A stretch of 64,000 nucleotides of DNA from an uncultured Polyangiales bacterium. Its GTDB lineage: Bacteria > Myxococcota_A > Polyangia > Polyangiales > JADJMO01. A program made the position numbers and the translations under genes. The stretch spans positions 13,348 to 77,347 of the forward strand of contig CAZUZY010000002.1 of NCBI GenBank assembly GCA_964624885.1. The letters are read 5' to 3'. This document shows positions 1-8,627 of this stretch, piece after piece; position 1 is the stretch's first letter; every line of letters starts with the position of its first letter. A model generated the notes under the pieces. That model was not told the origin of the DNA. It was given only the letters and a program-made list of their open reading frames with translations, and did no database searches.

Positions 1-704
1 TTCGCGATGCCGGCGCCGAGGAAACCCCCGAGCAGCGCGGCGACGGCCATCGCCCCCGCGACCGGCCAGAGCACCCGGTGCGAGAGCGCGAAGGTGATCG
101 CCGCCACGCCGTTGATGGTCGCCGCCGCGAGGTTCTTGAACGCGTTGAGCCGGTGGATCGACGCATTGGCCAGCACGATGCCCATGGCCGCCAGCATCAG
201 GATCCCGATCCCCGCGCCGAAGAAGCCGCCGTACGTGGCGACGAGCAGCTGGAACAGCGGCAGGGCGAACCGCGGTAGCCGATTGGTACGGCGCTCGAGC
301 GCGCGCTTGACCAGCGGCTGCACGAGGAACAGCGCCGTGGCCCCGTAGAGCAAGAACGGCACGAGCTTCGCGAACGAGCGGTCGCCGAGTCGCATCACGA
401 GGACCGCGCCGAGCACGCCGCCGACGACGGACGGCAGGCCGAGGGTGAGCAGCTCTTGCTGCGCGGCCTTGCGCTCGTCGCCGTAGCCGAAGAAGGCGCC
501 GAGCGACCCGGGCACGAGGGCCACCGTGCTGGTCGCGTTGGCCACGATCGGCGAGATGCCGGCCGAGAGCAGCGTGGGGAACGTGAGGAGCGTGCCGCCG
601 CCGGCCACCGAGTTGACCGCGCCGGCGAGGAACGCCGCGCAGAGGAGCAGCGTCCAGGAGAGCAGGCTCACGCGCGCTCCATAGCGCGGATCGCCCGCGG
701 GCAT
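1..704 (-). CDS. TauE/SafE (DUF81) family anion-exporter-like membrane protein; C-terminus lies beyond the window start
   Basis: The minus-strand frame is open from nt 1 up to ATG 704..702 (alternative GTG 671..669). My translation is MPAGDPRYGARVSLLSWTLLLCAAFLAGAVNSVAGGGTLLTFPTLLSAGISPIVANATSTVALVPGSLG..., the typical Gly-rich TauE/SafE N-terminus. It is absent from the ORF track because no stop lies inside the window. Confidence 0.75.
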   Translation of the reverse strand, partial: MPAGDPRYGARVSLLSWTLLLCAAFLAGAVNSVAGGGTLLTFPTLLSAGISPIVANATSTVALVPGSLGAFFGYGDERKAAQQELLTLGLPSVVGGVLGAVLVMRLGDRSFAKLVPFLLYGATALFLVQPLVKRALERRTNRLPRFALPLFQLLVATYGGFFGAGIGILMLAAMGIVLANASIHRLNAFKNLAAATINGVAAITFALSHRVLWPVAGAMAVAALLGGFLGAGIA

Positions 705-740
705 GTTTCGGTCGGCCTCCGTTCCGGCTAGAGCCCGACC

Positions 741-1367
741 GTGGTGTCGCCCGCCGCGCTCCAGCCCGTGCGGCTCGGCTTCCTGCCCGAGCTGTCGCTG
801 CGCCTCGTCCACCGCCTCGAGTCCCACTGGCAGGAGAGCGAGCCGCCGTGGTGGGCGGTCGCGTGGGTCGGGGGTCAGGCGCTCGCCCGGTTCGTGCTCG
901 ACCAGCCGGAGCGGGTGCGGGGCCGGCGCGTCCTCGACTTCGGGACAGGCGGAGGCGTCGTCGCGCTCGCGGCCGCGAGGGTCGGCGCGCAGGTCTCGGC
1001 CGTGGACGTCGATCCCGCGGCCATCGAGGCGACGCGCGTCAACGCGGACGACAACGGTCTCGCGATCGACGCCCGCTGTGGGGACTCGATCGGGCAGGCG
1101 GTCGACGTCGACCTCATCCTCGCCGGCGACGTCTGCTACGACGCCGCGATGGCGGCGCGGGTGCTGCCCTGGCTGACCGAGCGAGCCCGCGCGGGGGTGG
1201 AGGTGTGGCTCGCCGACCCTGGGCGCCGCTACCTACCGCGGCAGGGCCTCGTCGAGCTCGCCCGGTACGAGGTGCCGAGCCAAGGTGGCGTCGAGGGGGA
1301 CGCCACCCGGTCGGTCAGCGTCTATTTGTACCAGACCTCGAGGTCGTCGATGCTCCAGGAGTTGTAG
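741..1367 (+). CDS. Class I SAM-dependent methyltransferase
   Basis: Track ORF 741..1367 with a GTG start. It has SAM motif I VLDFGTGGGVVALAAARVG followed by the acidic loop SAVDVDP. The last 46 nt overlap the convergent gene 1322..2878. Confidence 0.7.
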   Translation: MVSPAALQPVRLGFLPELSLRLVHRLESHWQESEPPWWAVAWVGGQALARFVLDQPERVRGRRVLDFGTGGGVVALAAARVGAQVSAVDVDPAAIEATRVNADDNGLAIDARCGDSIGQAVDVDLILAGDVCYDAAMAARVLPWLTERARAGVEVWLADPGRRYLPRQGLVELARYEVPSQGGVEGDATRSVSVYLYQTSRSSMLQEL

Positions 1368-2878
1368 CTGCCGCAGAAGTCGTTGCGGCAGGTGGTGTCG
1401 GTCCCGCCGTCGGTGCCGATGCGGCACTTGAACGTGTAGCCGATGTAACAGTAGCCCGTGCCGATGGTGCCGCTGCTGCCCGAGACGAAGTCGTGGCCAC
1501 CGCCGAACGTGGGGCCGTACGACGACGAGCTGTACTGGGTGTAGGTGACCGAGGAGCTGTAGGTGCTGATCCAGTAGTGCTTGAACGAGTTGGTGAGCGA
1601 GAACAGGAACGTGCTCGAGTCGCCCATCCAGCTGCCGGTGGTGGCCCAGGACTTGGAGGCATAGGCCCCGATCAGCCGCACGTCCCCGGTGCTCGCGGTG
1701 GTGAGCTTGGCGACGGTGACGGTCGGCCCCTTGCCGTCGCAGTTGGTGTGGAACGTGGAGGTGCTGGCGCCGTGCAGCGCCTTCGAGTAGCACCGCGTCC
1801 ACACGGCGCTCGGCGTGCCGACCCAGCTGTTGATGAGCGTGGAGTGGGTGCTCGTGATGAGCGACGAGCCGATGAACCCGGTGGGCGGGCAGCTCGTGGC
1901 GAAGCAGGTGTCGCCGCAGAGCACGTAGCCCGGCTTGCAGGCGCAGGTCCCCGTGGTGCACACCTGGTCGGTGCCGCACGCCTTGGTGCAGCTCCCGCAG
2001 TGGGCCGCGTCGCTGGTCAGATCCGCGCACGCACCGTCGGGGCACTTGGTCCCGCCGCCGGCGCACTTGCACGCCCCGCCCGAGCAGGTCTCGGTGGCAC
2101 CGCACGCCTTGCCGCAGCCACCACAGTTCTTGGTATCGGTGGCGAAGTCGGCCTCGCAGCCGTCGTCGCTCTTGTCGTTGCAGTTGCCGTAGCCGGTGTC
2201 GCAGATCAGCAGGCAGGCGCTGCTCGAGCACGCGGGCGTGGACTTGGGCCCGCTCGCGCACTTCTTGCCGCAGCCGCCGCAGTTGTCGGCGTCGAAGCCG
2301 GGGTCGACGCACTTGTCGGTGCACTTGATCTTGGGGAGGTCGCAGGAGAGCGCGCACGCGCTCGCGACGCACGCCTGCCCGGTGGGGCACGGCTTGTCGC
2401 ACGCGCCGCAGTTGGCCGAGTCGCTCGTGGTGTCGACGCACTTGGTGCCGCACTTGGTCTGGCCCGTCGGGCACGGGCTCGTGCACACGCCGGCCTCGCA
2501 GGTCTGACCGGTCGTGCACGCCTTGCCGCAGCCGCCGCAGTTCTTGGTGTCGACCTTGGTGTCGACGCAGTCCGTCCCGCACTTGGTGGACGAAGCCGTG
2601 CACGTGCACGTGCCTGACTCGCAGGTCTGGCCGCTGGTGCACGCCTTGGCGCAGCCGCCGCAGTTCTTCGGGTCGGCCTTGGTGTCGACGCAGACCCCGC
2701 TGCACTTGGTCTGGGTCGCGGTACACGCCACGTCACTCGGGGCGTCGGTGCCGACGTCTCCCGTGTCGACCGACGTGTCCGCCCCGCCGGTGTCCGGCTT
2801 CGGGGTGACCGTGTCGTCCTGGGTGGTGGCACAGCCGGCAGAGAAGAGCGCAACGAAGCAAAGCGACGACCAACGCAT
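1322..2878 (-). CDS. Secreted lipoprotein with six NCGxC Cys-rich repeats and a C-terminal TLDc domain
   Basis: Lies in the frame of track ORF 1322..3778. ATG 2878 gives the lipoprotein signal MRWSSLCFVALFSAGC. Six repeats have the form C..CVD...D..NCG.C.K.C..GQ.C. The C-terminal ~190 aa carry TLDc hallmarks (FHTNCDGKGPTVTV, STFLFSL, YGPTFGGGHDF, IDDLEVWYK). Confidence 0.85.
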   Translation of the reverse strand: MRWSSLCFVALFSAGCATTQDDTVTPKPDTGGADTSVDTGDVGTDAPSDVACTATQTKCSGVCVDTKADPKNCGGCAKACTSGQTCESGTCTCTASSTKCGTDCVDTKVDTKNCGGCGKACTTGQTCEAGVCTSPCPTGQTKCGTKCVDTTSDSANCGACDKPCPTGQACVASACALSCDLPKIKCTDKCVDPGFDADNCGGCGKKCASGPKSTPACSSSACLLICDTGYGNCNDKSDDGCEADFATDTKNCGGCGKACGATETCSGGACKCAGGGTKCPDGACADLTSDAAHCGSCTKACGTDQVCTTGTCACKPGYVLCGDTCFATSCPPTGFIGSSLITSTHSTLINSWVGTPSAVWTRCYSKALHGASTSTFHTNCDGKGPTVTVAKLTTASTGDVRLIGAYASKSWATTGSWMGDSSTFLFSLTNSFKHYWISTYSSSVTYTQYSSSSYGPTFGGGHDFVSGSSGTIGTGYCYIGYTFKCRIGTDGGTDTTCRNDFCGSYNSWSIDDLEVWYK

Positions 2879-3112
2879 GGCGGAAAGGTACCACTTCTCT
2901 GGAAATTCGCAGCCACCCCGCCTGGACGCGAGCGAAGTGCGTATTGCCATTCGCAGGAACTCGTGCATCGGCGTTTCACTGTTTGGCTGTTGCAGCCGCC
3001 CGGACAACGCGCCGCGCTGGCTGTCTCGCGTCAATGGATCCTGCGCCGCGTCGGTCGTTTTTTCGGGCCCGCGCCTTTGCAGGAGGGCGCGGAAGACGCA
3101 CCATGGGAACCC

Positions 3113-3661
3113 ATGAGCGTGCTCACCACGCCCCGGCTCTCGATGGAGCCCATCACCCTCGCGGTCGTCGAGGCGGTGATGTCGGGGCGTCGGGAGGAGG
3201 CCGAGCGGCTGGCCGGCGCCGAGCTGCCGCCCGCCTGGCCGAACCACGCGCTCATCGAGCGCGCGTTCCGCGCCGACCTCGACGCCATCCGGGGCGACCC
3301 GCAGAAGCGCCTGTGGGGCGACCGCGTGATGATCCTCCGCCACGGCCCGCGGCGCGTGGTGGGCAGCGTCGTGTTCCACGGGGCGCCCGACGAGGAGGGC
3401 GTGGTGGAGGTCGGGTACGGCGTCGAACAGGACCTGCAGCGAAAGGGCTACGCCACCGAGGCCACCGAGGCCGCCGTCGCATGGGCACTCGTGCAGCCGG
3501 GGGTGCGGGTGGTCCGCGCCGTGACCCCGTCCTGGCACGTGGCGTCGCGCCGGGTGCTCGAGAAGATCGGCTTCGTCGTGCTCGGCACCCGCGAGCACGA
3601 CATGCTCGATCTCGTGGAGTACGAGCGGTTGGCCTCTCCCGCTTTGCGCGCAGCCGTGTAG
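3113..3661 (+). CDS. GNAT family N-acetyltransferase (RimJ/RimL-like)
   Basis: Internal ATG 3113 of track ORF 2963..3661 (MSVLTTPRLSMEPIT...). Acetyl-CoA pocket motif VGYGVEQDLQRKGYATEATEAAVAWAL. Confidence 0.8.
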   Translation: MSVLTTPRLSMEPITLAVVEAVMSGRREEAERLAGAELPPAWPNHALIERAFRADLDAIRGDPQKRLWGDRVMILRHGPRRVVGSVVFHGAPDEEGVVEVGYGVEQDLQRKGYATEATEAAVAWALVQPGVRVVRAVTPSWHVASRRVLEKIGFVVLGTREHDMLDLVEYERLASPALRAAV

Positions 3662-3672
3662 CATCGCGGTCC

Positions 3673-5460
3673 GTGACCGCCGACACCATCCCGAGCCGCC
3701 TCTTCCGCCAGCAACGCATCCGCCCCAAGGACCCGGCCTACTTCGCCAAGAAGAACGGGCAGTGGGTCGAGACCACATGGGGTGAGTACGGCGATCAGGT
3801 CAAGCGCGCCGGCAAGGCCCTCATCGCGCTCGGCCTCGAGAAGAACGCCTCCGTGTGCATCCTCGGGTTCAACCGGCCCGAGTGGGTGATCATGGACGTC
3901 GCCAACATGTGCATCGGCGGCGCGCCCGCCGGGATCTACGCCACGTGTTCTCCGCCCGAGGTGCAGTACATCGTGCACCACTGCGAGGCCAAGGTCGTCC
4001 TCGTGGAGAACGAGGCGCAGTGGCAGAAGATCCACAAGGAGCGCGAGCGACTGCCGCACCTGCGTCACGTCGTCATGATGCAGGGCGCGCCGAAGGTGGA
4101 CGACCCGCTCGTGCTGTCGTGGGAGGAGTTCCTCGCCAAGGCCGAGGGCATCCCCGACGAGCGCTTCTTCGACCGCATCGAGCAGCTCGAGCCGAAGGGG
4201 CTCGCCACGCTCATCTACACCTCGGGCACCACCGGGCCGCCCAAGGGGGTCATGCTGTCGCACGAGAACCTCGCCTGGACGGCGGCGTGCGCGCAGCAGA
4301 TCACCGAGATCTCCTCGCGCGACGTGGCCCTGTCGTATCTGCCGCTCTCGCACATCGCCGAGCAGATGTTCACCATCCACGGGCCGATCACCGGGGGCAT
4401 GAGCGTCTACTTCGCGGAGTCGATCGAGAAGGTGCCGGACAACCTCAAGGAGGTCCGCCCCACGGTGTTCTTCGCCGTGCCGCGCATCTGGGAGAAGTTC
4501 CACGCCGGCATCAGCGGCAAGATGGCCCTCGCCGACGACAAGAAGAAGAAGCTCCTCGGCTGGGCGCGCGGGGTCGGCACCGCCGCCACCGCGCACAAGG
4601 CCTCGGGCAAGCCGCTGCCGCTCGCCCTCGCGGCGCAGTACAAGCTCGCGAGCAAGCTGGTGTTCAGCAAGCTCAAGGCCGCGATCGGGCTCGATCGCGC
4701 GCGGGTGTGCGTGAGCGGCGCGGCCCCCGTGTCGCGCGAGGTGCTCGAGTTCTTCGCCTCGCTCGACATCATGGTGAGCGAGGTCTACGGCCAGAGCGAA
4801 GACACCGGCCCCACCTCGTTCAACCGCAACGGCAAGCTGCGCTACGGCACGGTCGGCCCGGCGATCCCCGGCGTCGACGTGCGCATCGCCAAGGACGACG
4901 AGATCATCGTCCGCGGCCCCAACGTGTTCCTCGGCTACTACAAGGAGCCCGAGGCCACCGCGGAGACGCTGGTCGAGGGCTGGCTGCACTCGGGCGATCT
5001 CGGCCGCTTCGACGACGACGGCTTCCTGCAGATCACCGGCCGCAAGAAGGAGATCATCATCACCGCGGGTGGCAAGAACATCGCCCCCAAGAACATCGAG
5101 GCCTCCCTCAAGAACCACCCCTTGATCAACGAGGCGGTGGTGATCGGCGATCGCCGCAAGTACCTGACCGCGCTGGTCACCCTCGACGCGGACGCGGTGG
5201 CCGCGTTCTGCAAGGACCGCGGCCTCGACGCGGCGCGGGCCCACGAGCTCGCCGAGATCCGCGCCGAGGTGCAGCGAGCGGTGGACACCGCCAACGAGGA
5301 GCTGGCGCGGGTCGAGCAGATCAAGAAGTTCGCCGTCCTCGCGCGCAACTTCGGCGTGGACACCGGCGAGCTCACCCCGACGCTCAAGGTGAAGCGCAAG
5401 AAGGTCAACGAGATCTGGGGCGCCGAGATCGAGGCGCTGTACCCCGAAGGCGACGGCTAG
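3673..5460 (+). CDS. Long-chain fatty-acid--CoA ligase (AMP-dependent synthetase)
   Basis: GTG 3673 lies in the frame of track ORF 2944..5460. AMP-binding motif IYTSGTTGPPKGVMLSH; later motifs GDLGRFDDDGFLQITGRKKE and GGKNIAPK. Confidence 0.9.
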   Translation: MTADTIPSRLFRQQRIRPKDPAYFAKKNGQWVETTWGEYGDQVKRAGKALIALGLEKNASVCILGFNRPEWVIMDVANMCIGGAPAGIYATCSPPEVQYIVHHCEAKVVLVENEAQWQKIHKERERLPHLRHVVMMQGAPKVDDPLVLSWEEFLAKAEGIPDERFFDRIEQLEPKGLATLIYTSGTTGPPKGVMLSHENLAWTAACAQQITEISSRDVALSYLPLSHIAEQMFTIHGPITGGMSVYFAESIEKVPDNLKEVRPTVFFAVPRIWEKFHAGISGKMALADDKKKKLLGWARGVGTAATAHKASGKPLPLALAAQYKLASKLVFSKLKAAIGLDRARVCVSGAAPVSREVLEFFASLDIMVSEVYGQSEDTGPTSFNRNGKLRYGTVGPAIPGVDVRIAKDDEIIVRGPNVFLGYYKEPEATAETLVEGWLHSGDLGRFDDDGFLQITGRKKEIIITAGGKNIAPKNIEASLKNHPLINEAVVIGDRRKYLTALVTLDADAVAAFCKDRGLDAARAHELAEIRAEVQRAVDTANEELARVEQIKKFAVLARNFGVDTGELTPTLKVKRKKVNEIWGAEIEALYPEGDG

Positions 5461-5810
5461 CCTCGGTCGGCCCAGCTCCTCGTTGGCGGGGTCAAGGTCA
5501 CCGCCACGACCCGGGCCGAGGCGAGCTGGCTCTCGTCGTCGTCGCCGGCGACCGGGGCGGCCTCGCCGAGCACCCGCGCGTGGCCGAGGAGCTCCCGCGC
5601 GCGGGCGACCAGCACCGCGTACCGCTCGTCGATGCGGAACACGCTCGCGTGCTCGTGGCAGCTCTGGTCGAAGTCGGCGTCGGCCTCCCGGAAGCGCTGC
5701 AGCGCCCGCGCGAGGGGCTGGGGCAGGGCCAGCGCCAGGGCCTTCGCGCGCGGCCCCGCCGACGAGGTCGGGGGCGTCGAGGGGCGGGAGCGAGGTTGGC
5801 GCGAGACCAT
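5457..5810 (-). CDS. Hypothetical protein
   Basis: C-terminal 117 aa (MVSRQPRS...) of track ORF 5457..6023. GC3 is near saturation in this frame when read codon by codon. No recognisable motif. Confidence 0.45.
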   Translation of the reverse strand: MVSRQPRSRPSTPPTSSAGPRAKALALALPQPLARALQRFREADADFDQSCHEHASVFRIDERYAVLVARARELLGHARVLGEAAPVAGDDDESQLASARVVAVTLTPPTRSWADRG

Positions 5811-5840
5811 CGCGGTACAGCGTGCGATGCTTCGGCCCCG

Positions 5841-6053
5841 ATGCGCAAGATTCCGCCGTACGCGGAGCACATCCCGCTCTACCGACTGGTCTCGATCCCC
5901 TGCCTCGGTTGCAAGGCCCGGCGGTGGGCCGAGCTCGTGAACCCCCCCGCGGGCGTCCGCGTGCCGCCCACCCTGCCGTTCCCGGGGCAGGTGGCCAAGT
6001 GCCTCGTGTGCGGCCTCCTGCACGCCGACAAGAACGGCTGGGTCGGTCCGTAG
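5841..6053 (+). CDS. Small zinc-ribbon-like protein (70 aa)
   Basis: ATG 5841 lies in the frame of track ORF 3855..6053: MRKIPPYAEHIPLYRLVSIPCLGCKARRW...VAKCLVCGLLHADKNGWVGP. It has two CxxC pairs and high GC3. Confidence 0.5.
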   Translation: MRKIPPYAEHIPLYRLVSIPCLGCKARRWAELVNPPAGVRVPPTLPFPGQVAKCLVCGLLHADKNGWVGP

Positions 6054-6087
6054 CCGCTACGCGGAGCGATTCCGTGCGCTGCCGACG

Positions 6088-6720
6088 TCAGTGGCTCCTC
6101 GCGTGCACGGCGAGGCGCCACGAGTAGAAGACCGGGGCGAGCGCGCCGAGCACGAGGACGACGACCGCGGGCGCCGTGCCGAACAGCACCTCGAGGGCCA
6201 GGCCGAGGAGCGCCGAGCCGACGAAGGTGAAGCCGGCGAAGCGGTGGGTCTGCGCCCAGTTCTCGTCGGAGGTCAGGGTCCACGGCGTGCGCACGCCGAT
6301 GAACGGGTTGCGGCGCACGCGCGGCATCACGAGGCCGAGCGCCAGCCAGGCGATCGAGAGGAGGACCACGAGCCCGAGCAGTCGCCCGCCGGGCTGCAGG
6401 GCCGCGCGGAGCATCAGGAGCTGCAGCGCCGAGAGCAGCCCCACCACGACGAGCCCCACCAACGCCGTCGGAGACTTGTCGAGGCGCTCGCGCTCCCCGC
6501 GCGGGACCAGCCAGCGCCCGTAGCGGACCGTGGCCCAGGTGAGCAGGGTCGCGGCCGGCATCAGCCAGGCGCCGATCGCGCGCGACGCGAAGCCGTCGGC
6601 CACGCCGTGCACGTCGAAATGGATCGGCACCCGCGCGGGCAGGCGCGGGAACAGGAGCGCCGTGATCGCAGCGGTGCCGAGGGTGACGCCGAGCGAGATG
6701 CGGTCGAGCAACCGGGACAT
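6088..6720 (-). CDS. SdpI/YhfL family membrane protein (DUF1648 + SdpI-like)
   Basis: Track ORF of 210 aa. Polytopic protein with N-terminal LLFPRLPARVPIHFDVHGVADGF and later NPFIGVRTPWTLTSDENWAQTHRFAG, the characteristic SdpI-family motif. Confidence 0.8.
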   Translation of the reverse strand: MSRLLDRISLGVTLGTAAITALLFPRLPARVPIHFDVHGVADGFASRAIGAWLMPAATLLTWATVRYGRWLVPRGERERLDKSPTALVGLVVVGLLSALQLLMLRAALQPGGRLLGLVVLLSIAWLALGLVMPRVRRNPFIGVRTPWTLTSDENWAQTHRFAGFTFVGSALLGLALEVLFGTAPAVVVLVLGALAPVFYSWRLAVHARSH

Positions 6721-6775
6721 GGAGTGGTCTCCCTTCTGCGAACGCGCGCCAGGGCCGTTCGCGGACTTCTTCGGA

Positions 6776-7063
6776 TCAGGAGTCGCTGGTGCGCACCGCG
6801 GGGCGCGCGAGGTCGAGCACGTGGCGCGCGAGGTCCTCGAGCGCGTTGGTCTGCAGCGTGTAGACGATGCTGGTGCCCCGCCGCTCCGAGCGGACGAGGC
6901 CCGCTTGCTCCAGCACCTTGAGGTGGTGCGAGATGGTCGGCTTCGAGGTGTGGAACTCCGCGGCGATGTCGCCCGCCGGCCGGGAGCCGTCGCGCAGGAG
7001 CGCGAGGATCCTTCGGCGGGTGTCGTCGGCGAGGGCCGCGAAGAGCGAGGGGGGCGGGGCCAT
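6776..7063 (-). CDS. ArsR/SmtB family transcriptional regulator (SdpR-like position)
   Basis: Internal ATG 7063 of track ORF 6776..7117. wHTH sequence [50 protein letters not shown]. Confidence 0.85.
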   Translation of the reverse strand: MAPPPSLFAALADDTRRRILALLRDGSRPAGDIAAEFHTSKPTISHHLKVLEQAGLVRSERRGTSIVYTLQTNALEDLARHVLDLARPAVRTSDS

Positions 7064-7077
7064 GTTCGACAGACGTC

Positions 7078-7105
7078 TATTTAGACATCCGTCGAAGTTT
7101 GGCAA
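7078..7105 (-). promoter_or_regulatory. Candidate sigma70-type promoter with overlapping operator for the ArsR-SdpI pair
   Basis: The minus strand reads TTGCCA (7105..7100), a 16-nt spacer, then TAAATA (7083..7078), 14 nt before ATG 7063. The -10 is overlapped by the inverted repeat GTCTA-tt-TAGAC (7075..7086) and the palindrome AGACGTCT (7071..7078). This is an AT-rich island in a GC-rich genome. Confidence 0.35.
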
Positions 7106-7130
7106 GGGCGCAGCCAAGTGGCTGGAAATA

Positions 7131-8627
7131 TTATGTTTCGGAGCCCTCCGGCTCCACGGGCGGCGCGCCGGCAGGGTCGGCGGGGGGCGCGTGGCCCTCC
7201 GGAGCCGTGGCGAGGGCGTGCCCCTCGGCGGCGGTGTGCCCCTCGGCGGCGGTGTGCAGATGCGGATCGCCAGGCGCGTGGCTGTCCTGCTCGGTCCGCA
7301 TGGAGGCCTCCTTCGAGCTCTCCCCCGCGCGGTCGAGGGCGAGCTTGAACAAGACCGGCCCCACCATCTCGTTGATGGCCACGGTGGCGAGCGCGAGCGA
7401 GCGGAAGTAGGTCCCGAACGAGGGGAAGTTGCGCTCGACGACCGCCGACATGCCGAGGGTGAGGCCGGCTTGGGAGACGAGGGAACCCCAACCCCACCGC
7501 CGTACGACCGGACCGTCGTTGCTCAGCTGCGAGGAGAGGCGGTGCGCGGCGACGGAGACGAGGATGCGGCTCCCGGCGAGCACCAGGGCGACGATCCACA
7601 GGCGCTTGAGGAGCGGCACGTCGAGGTGGGCGCCGGCGGTGGCGAAGAAGATCACATAGACCACGCCGCCCGTCTTCTCGATCGCGTGCAGGAACACCTC
7701 ACCCTGATCGGAGAGGTTCGCGACCACGAAGCCCGCCACCATGAAGGTGAGCAGCGCTTCGAAGCCGAGGTAGCGCAGCATCTCGCTCATGCCGAAGCCC
7801 AGCGCGAGGAGCACGAGCAGGAGTTGCTTGCCGACGAACCGGCAGTAGGCCGCGAGCACGAGGCCGAGGGTGGTGCCGAGCGCCACCGAGCCCAGCATCT
7901 CGTGCCCGAGCTCCTTGAACACGGCCAGCGAGATGGTGGAGCCCGCCTCGACCAGCGGGCGCGCCACGGCCATCGCCACGGCGAGCAGCACCACCACGAC
8001 GATGTCGGAGCTGAGGACGAACGCCAGCGAGAAGGTGGCCACCGGGCCCTTGGCGCGGGTCTGGGAGAGCACGCCGAGGAGCGCTGACGGGCTGCGGCTG
8101 ACCGCGAGGGTGCCCCACAGGAGGCCGACGCCGACGATCATCGTCGACGACATGCCCTTGGTGAACGGCATCAACGGACGCGCGGCGACGAAGACGCCCG
8201 TCATCACGACGGCCACGAGGGTGGTCTGGGCCAGGGTCGCCCACGCGAGGCTGCGCAGCACCTTCTTGAGCACCTCGAGCTTGAGCTCGGCGCCGCCGGC
8301 CAGCGCGATGAGGGCGAGGGCCAGCGTGTTGACCTGGGAGAGGTTCTCGACCGTCTCGTGGTCCACGAGGTGGAGCACGTGGGGCCCGGCGAGGATGCCA
8401 GCGCCGAGATAGCCCGTGAGGTGCGGGACGCCGAGCGGCTCGAGCACCTCGCTCGCGAGGGTGCCCGCGAGCAGGAGGAAGCCGGTCGCCACGATGGTGT
8501 CGAGGGTGCCGTGGGAGTCGTGGCTGACGTGGGTCGCGCCCCACAGCATGGCGTAGACGCCGACGAGGACGACGAGCTGGACGAGCCGCGTGCCGACCCC
8601 CTTGGGGCTTCCACCACCGCCGCTCAC
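7131..8627 (-). CDS. Cation:proton antiporter (Na+/H+ exchanger family, CPA-type) with His-rich C-terminal tail
   Basis: Track ORF of 498 aa, polytopic. Its ATG overlaps the stop of the upstream gene (ATGA at 8624..8627). Tail sequence [24 protein letters not shown]. Confidence 0.8.
   Translation of the reverse strand: MSGGGGSPKGVGTRLVQLVVLVGVYAMLWGATHVSHDSHGTLDTIVATGFLLLAGTLASEVLEPLGVPHLTGYLGAGILAGPHVLHLVDHETVENLSQVNTLALALIALAGGAELKLEVLKKVLRSLAWATLAQTTLVAVVMTGVFVAARPLMPFTKGMSSTMIVGVGLLWGTLAVSRSPSALLGVLSQTRAKGPVATFSLAFVLSSDIVVVVLLAVAMAVARPLVEAGSTISLAVFKELGHEMLGSVALGTTLGLVLAAYCRFVGKQLLLVLLALGFGMSEMLRYLGFEALLTFMVAGFVVANLSDQGEVFLHAIEKTGGVVYVIFFATAGAHLDVPLLKRLWIVALVLAGSRILVSVAAHRLSSQLSNDGPVVRRWGWGSLVSQAGLTLGMSAVVERNFPSFGTYFRSLALATVAINEMVGPVLFKLALDRAGESSKEASMRTEQDSHAPGDPHLHTAAEGHTAAEGHALATAPEGHAPPADPAGAPPVEPEGSET
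7218..7253 (-). repeat. Perfect 18-bp tandem duplication inside the antiporter tail
   Basis: The plus strand reads gtgcccctcggcggcggt twice (7218..7235 and 7236..7253), encoding TAAEGH x2 on the minus strand. Confidence 0.9.

Noticed and set aside
848-2617. A 589-aa plus-strand ORF (and several others at 1233..2979) overlapping the TLDc lipoprotein gene
   Set aside because: These are low-complexity Arg/Ala/Gly translations antisense to, or out of frame with, a gene that has a signal peptide and recognisable domains.
2944-3672. The upstream extension of the acyl-CoA synthetase ORF (track start 2944), and upstream extensions of several other ORFs (2963, 24855, 27788, 29609, 32780, 36484)
   Set aside because: The extensions overlap neighbouring genes or intergenic DNA, lack codon bias, and would bury signal peptides or lipoboxes. 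Internal starts with RBS or family-typical N-termini were preferred.
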